NCBI GenBank assembly: GCA_012295275.1
Contig: CM022669.1
Span: forward strand, 2,604,001 to 2,668,000
DNA length: 64,000 bases
Direction of reading: 5' to 3'
DNA from: Chrysomallon squamiferum
Lineage: Eukaryota > Animalia > Mollusca
The notes beneath the pieces were generated by a model. It saw only the letters and a list, made by a program, of their open reading frames with translations, ran no database searches and had not been told where the DNA came from. Numbering within the stretch: the stretch's first letter is position 1; each line of letters begins with the position of its first letter. Below are positions 54,565 through 64,000 of the stretch, piece by piece. The translations under genes and the position numbers were made by a program.

Positions 54565-57500
54565 TAGTTAAGTGATGTCCTCTAGCCAGTGAAAAATAAT
54601 AATAGTAATGTTATTTTGATTTTATGGTAATAATAATAATAAGAAGAAGAAGAAGACAAAAATAATAATAGTAGTAATAGTAATAATAATGAAAGAAAGT
54701 AAGAATAAAAATGCTTTCTGATCTAAGTAAACAGAGGGTTAACCAATGAGAGATGAGCAAGACAATAGATTCTGACTTACATTTATGATGTGTATATTTT
54801 CTATAAGAGTTAAATGACTTCAGTTTCAGCTTCAGTATTAGGAGACTCTTTAGACCAAACATTTTATAAATGCCAAGGACATCTTACAAAAGCCATGAAG
54901 CCTCAAGCCATTGTCTTGTCATTTTTAACTAGCAACTTTTTTGTTTTTTAATGATTTAGAAATGGTAAAGGATTTGACACGATAACTTAAAATAGTTAAT
55001 ATATTTATAAATTATAATTTTAATTATGCATTTGATAAATTAAAATAATCCAAATTCAGTTTGCTGTATAATTTGGTTGGATATATATATATATAAAAGT
55101 GATAATTTTCAAGAAAAAGAAAAAATACAATACTGGTTTTTAGATGTATTTTTTAAAGTTTTAATATCATTAATGGAATAAAAATAAATTGGATTGTATT
55201 TTTAAATCACTAAGCAAATGTGATTTATATTTTATGTACTATATGTATTGAAAAGTTCTTTTATACATACATATGTATGTATGTATGTACTTTAATCCTT
55301 GCAAAGCAAATTAGAATCTATCTGTGTCTTCTGATTTCTATGTGTGTGTGTGTGTGTGTGTGTGTTTAATATAGTTCCATATCCTTTTTGAATTCAAATA
55401 TTTTGATAAAATCTACAAAACCATATTTAAAAGCTTGTTGCTTAAAGAAAAGCATAATAAATGGTTTATTAATACCAACAATAATGTGTGTATGTAAGCA
55501 TTAATGACTGTAATATTCACAATTACATTGTTACCAGAGATCATGATATGTGTGCTAGATAAACTGTAAACAAACTCATTATTGTTCCATAGGCTCTGAT
55601 TTAAATGCTGATTGCAATATACAAACACCAGTTTCCAGACAATTTAATAAATCCTTTTCACATTTGTTGCCAATATTTCAGTTTAGTGAAGATAAAAACA
55701 AGAAAAAATCTGGTTTATAGCATTTTTAATATTTTAAGATGTATATTATATTATTTCTTTTTCAGTTATTTTTTAGTGATAAACTGTAAACTTTAATTCT
55801 TAATATTTAAATATATCTTATTCATATCATAGAATTGAAAATTTCATAAATTATCATGTACCCTATTTCAAAATGTACTCTTACGTGAACAGAGATAATG
55901 TCAAAAACCTTAAAAATAAAATGAAAAATTCTCATCCACATGTTACAGTAAATCACACAGCCATAATATATACTTGTTCATACCTCATTGGTAGATACTT
56001 GTGCAAAAACACTACCAACAGAATACCTGTTAAATAGATAAATGTATGACATACATTGCTTGTATTTCATTTTAGTAATGATGTACTAAAATGTTGTTGG
56101 TTTAATTAAGTAAATAAGTATGAAGTGAAAAACATTTATATAAAGGATGCTTTTATACAGAAATTAACTACTTTAACATAAAGTGATTTACTGCAAGCTT
56201 TATTTTTTTATTTTTATTTATTATTGTTATTATTATTAACACTTCCTCTTTTTTTCTCATTTTTTAATAGTTAGAAGCTAATAATAAACTCTAAATTTTA
56301 CATACTCAGAATGATATATATGAATAAATATCAATTTTAAAATTATTGTTATTATTAGTATTTTTTTAATGTTATACATTTTATTCAAAATTTACATGTA
56401 AGACCAAGTTTGTCTTCAGCATGTTTTCACTTATTTCTTATTCATCAGAGATTTTCATATTTTACTACCTCGTTTATTTGGTGAGCCCCAATTAGACCTC
56501 TCTACAATCTTCATTCTTAGTAATCACTTACACTTAATTTGGCAAGTTGTGCTTTAAATTGAAGATTTCCTGGGAAGAGCATTGCTGCTTCTAATTGGTG
56601 CATTATCGTCCATCATTATTTCTAGTTCTGAGATGGAAAATGATTTCATTTTACGGACGAACAGTAAAAACAAGATTTTTGGTTTGATTATTTCTTTTGG
56701 ATGATTTTTCTGTCATTTGTTGAGAATTTCTGTCTGTTTTTATTTTCTACAAAACTTCCTTCTTACAATGTTTTTTTTTTTTACAAAGATAAAGTTTAAC
56801 CTTTTGCTATTTTAGTGGGGGGTTTTCACAGTAGTAGAAATTTGGCATGGTTTCAATTTTTGAACCATTTCAATTACCATAAAGTGGCATGAACTAGTGT
56901 TTGTTCTGGATGAATTAGTGGTTGGATGGCATGGCTCATAATTTCACACATGTAGTTTTTGGATGCTTACAAAAAATTTAACTGAATATAAAAAATTAAA
57001 ACTATTGCTATCATTCATTATTTGTGGAGGTCAAAATGCTTTAAAAAATAAATTTTAATTAATTTAATTTAAAAGAAAAGAAAGGGACCATTGTAGCTAT
57101 ATTCAGTTTGACTATGAAATTTCATTTTTATTTTATACACACAAAAAAAAAAATGTAATCAAAAAGAAATATAATTGAATATTATATATAAACATTTAAA
57201 TCAGTTGTTTCTGGTGCTTCTATGACCTTTTAAATTTAATTTTTAAAAAAAGAAAAAAATGTTTTAATTATTTTTCAGACAATTGATGCCAATTGTTTCT
57301 TCATCTGAACCTACCACCGTGGATGTGAAAACCTCCACTTCGTTTTCTGCTGGCTTCACTGTTGGTGACAATTCTCTGGAATTGCTGGCCAAGCCAAGCA
57401 ATGGAGACACCAGCATCAGGTCAGTGATATAAAACCACAACTTGCACAAGTAAAATTATTAAACAGAGAGGCATAACATGGCTGCAGTAGATTTCCTCAC

Positions 57501-60499
57501 TCATTATCTGGATGATCTTAATCATGTGTATGATTCCATATTTTGTTATTATTATTAAAACAGCATCAGGTCAGAGATATAATTCAAGCTGCTAAGTGTT
57601 ATTAAAACAGAATTATTTCAAATTATAGCTTCAAGCTGCTGGCAATGTCATTGTTTTAAAAACATTTAATCAGTGAAATTCAATTAAACAAAATTAAGTC
57701 ATGCTATTAAAAGCTGCATTAGGTCAGTAAAATTATAACATTGTTGTTATTATTTCTATTTAGTTAAATCACTGATAAGCATAATTATTATTATACCACC
57801 ATTAGTTCAGTGATACAAGTTTAAACTGCTAATAATTGTTACAACAACATTAATGATGTAACTTCTGACGACTTATTATTAAATCAGCTTAAGGCAGTAA
57901 AAAAGATTAAATGACAAAAAAAAAATAAAGATATTGAATGCTATCAAAATGCCTTTGAATATATTGCTGGATTCTTTTTTTTTTTTTTTTTTTTTTTTTA
58001 GATTTTTATAACCTGTCAGAAATTAAGCTACAAGAAATTTTACAGAACTGACTTTTTATGGAGAAAGCAAGTTAATATTATTAACAATGATCAGTTTTTT
58101 GTTTTGTTGGCAGATTTTCTTTCGAAAGAAAATTATTTTCAAATCTATTTTGAATTTCTGTAGGAGAAAATTAAATTTTAAAAACCACCACCTATTAAAG
58201 TAATTACTGTCTGGATCCAAGGTTTATGTATAAGTTCATTTTATGATTGTGTTCCTTCTGTGTAACCTTTTGAACATACACAAATGCATATTCATTGCTA
58301 TTTATTATTACAGACATGCAGAGGGATTAAACTTTTATACTGTAATTATTATTGTAAATTCTTTCTTTCTGCTTCTCAGATCAGCATCTGTCACAGGTGT
58401 GAGCAGAAAGTTTCCTCTTACAGTAAGTAAATTGAAACCTGTTTTATGTTTGTAATATAAAAAAAACAGATTCAGTTAACTCCAATTACAGTTCAGTTGA
58501 TTTCTGCTATATTTTTAATACAAATTTTCAGGCTTTTAAAATGTTTGTATAAGGCTTTTTATTATTATTATTAGTATCATTATTTTATAATAACTATTAA
58601 ATTAAATTAAATTAAATAAAAAAATTTTTTAATTAATTGAAATTTGAGATTTTCTGGTAGATGAACTGTAAACAAAATTTAATATTGTTCTGCAGTCTCT
58701 GAATTAGATGCTGACTGCAATATATACACTCTAGATACCAGACTGTTTATTAAATTCTGTCCACATTTGTTTTAAATATTTCAGTTTAGTGAATTGAAAC
58801 ATTTTTAATTCTCTTTTTTTTTAATATCTGGATACAAACATAAAGCCATGTACAGTTTTTTTTCTCATGTAATGTGTGTCTCTCAGTTATATATTTTCAG
58901 ATCTGTTTTTTTTTTTTTTTTTTATATCATCACATAAAGTTAAAATAAAGGGTTATGTGACATATTCTGCAGCTCTTAAATAGCTGAACTTTATGACTTT
59001 TAGGTTAATCAAGTTTGACCATCCCTCTAACAGAAGCTTTAAACACAGTGTGATTTTGAGGGGACATAAATTAAAAAATATTTTTCTTCATTCTTTTTCA
59101 TTTCTTTATTTCTTTATTTTTTATTTTTTTATTTATTTATTTTTTTTTTTTATTTATTTGTTTTTTTTTTTTTTTTTTATTTTTGTTTTCATTTTTATTT
59201 TATTTTCATTTTTATTTTATTTTATTTTATTTTATTTTATTTTATTTTATTTTATTTTATTATTAATGTGTTTTTTAAAATAAAAATTATCTTAGTACTT
59301 TAATTACGATATTTGTTATTTTATGTATCCACTTTTGTAAACATTTTAGGATGACTTGCTATTAACATTTGTTCAGATTGATTTGTTAGTATCTGTGTAG
59401 CAACTAGGTGAATTGTTAGTGAATCTAATTTGTTCTGAATAAGGGGAATTCATTTAAAGTAGAAGGCATCATGACATTTTTACATCACTGTAAGCAAAAT
59501 ATTTTCAATATTTGACATAAACTGTTGCATCAGTTCTTGATGTCAAGGTAAACTATGCACAGATTTAGCTGAACTTAGCTAGTTTAATCATTTTTAAACT
59601 ATTAAATGACGGACATATATATTGCTAGCTTTATATATCATATATATATATATATAATCAGATGATCAGTCTGTTACTGTATTCTGCAAAATTCGTTATT
59701 GAATATTTTTGCTATAAAGCAGAATTCTAATATTTAATTTTTATTTTCATCAGGATTATTTACCACATTTGAGTAAATCCAGATGTAACAGATTCCACAA
59801 GCTGAACTTAGCTGAACTTAGCTAGTTTAATCATTTTTAAACTATTAAATGACGGACATATATATTGCTAGCTTTATATATCATATATATATATATATAA
59901 TCAGATGATCAGTCTGTTACTGTATTCTGCAAAATTCGTTATTGAATATTTTTGCTATAAAGCAGAATTCTAATATTTAATTTTTATTTTCATCAGGATT
60001 ATTTACCACATTTGAGTAAATCCAGATGTAACAGATTCCACAAGCTGTTCAAACGTGTACCAGAAGATGAAGACCCAGTTGACTGTAAGACTGCTTAAAA
60101 ATATCTTTTTAAATTTACAGCTGGTCATGAAATCTTTATAGGACGGGTTTTATTCAGAAGATATGCTATGAAAAGATCTGTATACATATTATAATATGAT
60201 ACTGAATTATAAAGAATCAGCAGTTATTATTAAAAAGGCCTGATTACCTATGTATATCATGATTAACAAAATCCAGAAAGAGAAAAATTAAAAAAAAAAA
60301 TGATATAAAATTTTATTTGATCCTTTCTAGATTAATATATTATTATTATCATTATTATTATTTTTTTTGGACACTTTTCATGTGGTACTTCTTTTCTAGA
60401 GGATTTAACTATCTGTTAATATATACTAATATAGCCATTTTTTTCTTTCACTTTTAAAGTCTTGTTAATCTCCTGTTTTTGTTTACTTTGTAATGGAAA

Positions 60500-60575
<76 letters not shown>

Positions 60576-61079
60576 CTTCTTTAGAAAATTTTATCTTCTA
60601 ATAGATTTTGCATATTTAAAAAAAAAAATGCTATCAGAATAAAACAAGGTACATTCAGTAATAGAGGTATTTCACATTCCTATTGCGTATGCGCATGAAG
60701 AGTAACGTGCCTTGATAAACTAGACTGAAACTAGTCTATTTACAAATCGAGGCAATCAAGTAGCTTTGTAGGATACTTTAAGCTTGGGCAGCTAACTTGT
60801 ACATATTTCAAATTAGATAGTATAATGGCCGTAGAAAATGGTCTGCTGAAATTTACAGCAGAAAGGTTAAAATTAAAAAGCAGTGCAACAACTTGGACAG
60901 TCTGTGCGACTCTTACGTGACGGTTCCAGTGATGCCAGATTAAAAGACTATTTCATAAACAAAACATCTGACAGGGATTTGATACAAGTGTTTAAAAGTT
61001 TGCAAAGTTATAAATATTTCTCTGATGGATATTGAAAACAACCCCCATGTCAAAATCAGAGCATATGTGTGTATCTCAG

Positions 61080-61122
<43 letters not shown>

Positions 61123-63016
61123 ACACACACACACATACATACATATACATGTATATGTATACATATATATATATATATATAAACACACACACAGGTATAA
61201 TACATACATAATGAGATGCACAGACACACACACACACATATATATAAAATTCTCTATGTATGTATACACAAGCATAATATTAATAAACATAAATGTTGTT
61301 ATCTAGTCTGTCATCACCACCTACAAAAATGGGAGCCTCTATGCTTATGTACACACACACAGTATAATTGAAAAACCACCTCTCAAAACAATTCAGGTCC
61401 AGACGAAGTGGTAGCAGGTGCCCCTCCCCCACAAATGCACTGAAAACACTGGCAGTAACGTTTGTTCAGCAAGTCTTTATAGTGATACCATTCACAGCCA
61501 GAGTATTTACACCTTTGTTGCAGACACATCTCTGAACACTGACAGGAGGGCCACTTACTATTTCAACAAACAAAACATACAGTAACATGATTAATTAAAC
61601 CTTTTGTTTCAGAAGAAAATCTGAGCAACTTGTTTCCTTACATGTTAAAACCAATTACTTGTCTTATTACAGCTACTGTTAGTTATAATCAGTACAAACA
61701 AGCACAAGCATACAAACTTAATGCTTAAAAAAACTATAAATAAACCATTTATTTTGGAGTAACATATAATTGTTATATTGAAAACTGTACCCTTACTCAT
61801 ATACTCACACAAACATGTACATACTTGTACAACCCCTACTAAGTGACTGCAAGCAACAAACACCTCAACTAGTCATGGTAGACTGAATAATTAAGAACAT
61901 AATTGAAACTGTTGTTCTCTGTAGTTATCTGAATCATGCCATTTATTTTTTTTTTTTTTTTTTTTTTATTGTTGTGACTATATCCTGTCCCATACTTGGG
62001 TGGGTATATAGTCCACATGTTTCTTGTCGTTCACTGGCTTCCCACCAAAAAAATGTGCCAAACAAAACCCTCATGTTTGCAGTAACATTAAATTTGTTTT
62101 TGTTTCTATGTGAAGTGATTACCCACAAATGTTTCCAGCATGCATTTACCAGAATTCTGCGATTGAAACAGTTAATAACTGAACAATGGTCATGGATTCT
62201 CATTACAGCATGATTGCTTTTGCCCACCAACATGCAAGTAGTGCTATTTTGGCAAGACCTCACGAGATCTCACAATTTGTGTCCTTGAATAACCCAGCAA
62301 TGGGCACTTATGCTGTGGAATGTGAAACTATTGGTTTTATTATGGACTGAATGTGGATATCTGATAGTAAAAGCATTTGTTCAGTCTTTGTCTCCATTAA
62401 TATAGCCAGAGTTCACTGTTCATTATGTCGTGTTTGATTATCTTTGATAAAGCAGATTTCAGATTCCCATTATGTTTGCACTCTAATTCTTTTCATTACT
62501 TAAAACAGTGTCAGTTTCTTAATCAACCTTAATCATCAAAATATGTATCAGCTTTTTAAACCAAGCTGTTGTTTGTTTGACAGTTACAATGGTAATGAAA
62601 ATAGCAATAGTAATTGTTGTTGTTGTTACAGACAAAGTTCATATATCCAGATACATGCTTATTCGGGCATCACAAATTTAAAACTAAACAGTGATATGTT
62701 TTAAGTATCAGATATATTTTATTTCCTTTTTTGGTTTTCTTTACAGTAAAGTGTAACTCATAAATATTAATAGTTTTCATTATCATTTGATTGTGATGAC
62801 TGAAATGTGTATTATATCATTTTCTCTCAGATTATTCTTGTGCATTCAAAGGAGACATTTTGCTGCATGGCTTCTTGTATGTGTCTCCTAACTGGGTGTG
62901 TTTCTATTCAAAAATCAAAGGACGAGGCAGGCTGGTGAGCTTTTTCATTTGTAAAAAGGTTTTCTGATGTCATTTTAATAAATGGAATAATTATTTTTAT
63001 GATATCTGTAGATTTA

Positions 63017-63052
<36 letters not shown>

Positions 63053-63528
63053 GCTTCTTCATCTCTTTAAGTTGCTATTTTTTATTGTTAAATACAAAAT
63101 ATTTTAGTATATATATATATATATATTATATATTTTATTATATATTATATTACTGATTACAAATTAAGTAAAAAATAATTAATTAATTAATTATTTTACT
63201 TAATTTGTAATCAGTACCTTGTCATTAGTTATCAAAATCCTTTGAATATCCTTTCTTGTATAGGTAAGTGGTATAAAAGAACTCTTACTGTTTATTTATA
63301 AAGAATAGTCTATTTAAAATAAGCAGCTGGTTTTTCTCTTCTAAAACAAAATTGTAACTATATTAAAACATTTTTAGATTTTGTTAAACAAATATTTGTT
63401 CATTTAATTTATATTTATTGTTGTTGGTTTAGCTGGAAATCAATATGGAGAAAGTTATTAGCATTACCAGAGAAAAAATGGCTCTATTTATCCCCAATGC
63501 TATTGGTATACAGACAGCAGATAAAAAG
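43698..63528 (+). CDS. GRAM-domain-containing protein (GRAMD2/GRAMD1-like), 5' part; continues beyond the window
   Basis: Phase-consistent exons 43698-43792, 45760-46101, (optional 53732-53764), 57279-57419, 58380-58422, 59997-60084, 62831-62934, 63433-63528. The GRAM domain reads RCNRFHKLFKRVPEDEDPVDYYSCAFKGDILLHGFLYVSPNWVCFYSKIKG...ISITREKMALFIPNAIGIQT. The 5' exons are less certain than the GRAM exons. Confidence 0.85.
46215..46265 (+). mobile_element. Degenerate tRNA-derived SINE head
   Basis: TAGTTCAGCG (A-box-like) ... CCTGATGCGC ... GCGGGATCAATCC (B-box-like). No complete cloverleaf. Confidence 0.35.
57405..57900 (+). repeat. Degenerate tandem repeat whose unit includes the exon end/donor motif CAGCATCAG|GTCAGTGATATAA
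   Basis: Copies at 57411 (true donor), 57561 (cagcatcaggtcagagatataa), ~57715 (tgcattaggtcagtaaa), ~57797 (caccattagttcagtgatacaa) and ~57885. Confidence 0.55.
59565..60047 (+). repeat. 243-bp-offset tandem segmental duplication spanning an intron end and the first 51 nt of a GRAM exon
   Basis: 59565-59804 is identical by eye to 59808-60047, including the same (TA)n length. The junction has AGCTG microhomology and an extra GCTGAACTTA 10-mer. Confidence 0.95.
60499..60573. repeat. (AAT)n-(ATT)n inverted microsatellite
   Basis: Read directly from the sequence. Confidence 0.9.
61065..61270. repeat. Compound (TA)/(TG)/(CA) microsatellite cluster
   Basis: Read directly from the sequence. It accounts for the spurious ORFs 60940-61290 and 61025-61306. 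Confidence 0.9.
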
Positions 63529-64000
63529 GTAATGGATGTTAATCATTAATGCCCATTATAGAAATAACTATTTACCTTCATGTCCTTTTTATGTTAAATT
63601 TTACTTTTTGTCTATTGATCCTATGTAGCTTAAGGAATGTACAAATTTATAATATGAAAGGTACAGATATTTAGTTAAGTTATAATAAAGTTGAATATTT
63701 AATGTTTAAGAATTCATTATCATGCATTTTGGCTCTTAGTATTACAAATATCTATTTATAAAATTCCTAGCCAGAATTTCAACATTTCTACACCTCAGTC
63801 ATCAGCTGTTAATAGATTTTCTTTGCATTATTTTTTTCATGAAAAAAAAACAAAAACTGAATCGGTTTATAGTATTTTGATGTAAAATTAAACATATTAT
63901 AGTTCACATTCTGTAGGTGATTTGATTATGAGAAATAATACCAATTTGATTAAATCTAAAAGTTTTATCAGAGCAAAGTAATTAGCTTAAAATTATTAAA

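Overview
AT-rich eukaryotic genomic DNA with many microsatellites and GT-AG introns, from a bilaterian invertebrate (lophotrochozoan/mollusc-like by inference only). Manual exon joining gives six protein-coding genes: (1) the 3' end of TP53BP1 (tandem BRCT, +); (2) a 14-finger C2H2 zinc-finger gene (+); (3) a 13-exon, ~671-aa coiled-coil gene I cannot name (-); (4) a complete 20-coding-exon MAP2K5/MEK5 (-); (5) a complete FAM172A/ARB2A (-); (6) the 5' part of a GRAM-domain gene (+), running off the window end. Introns hold DNA-transposon relics: a Tigger/pogo MITE, a hAT MITE, a Mutator/FLYWCH element and a Sola2-like element with long TIRs. I see no prokaryotic-type system, CRISPR array, rRNA or intact tRNA. 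The best leads are the unnamed gene, a 243-bp tandem duplication that copies a GRAM-exon splice acceptor, an Asp-to-Glu change at a near-invariant kinase position in MEK5, uORFs in the MEK5 leader, a KDEL-like tail on FAM172A, and some intronic RNA-structure or splice-decoy candidates. All gene models are hand-derived and unverified by RNA-seq or database search.
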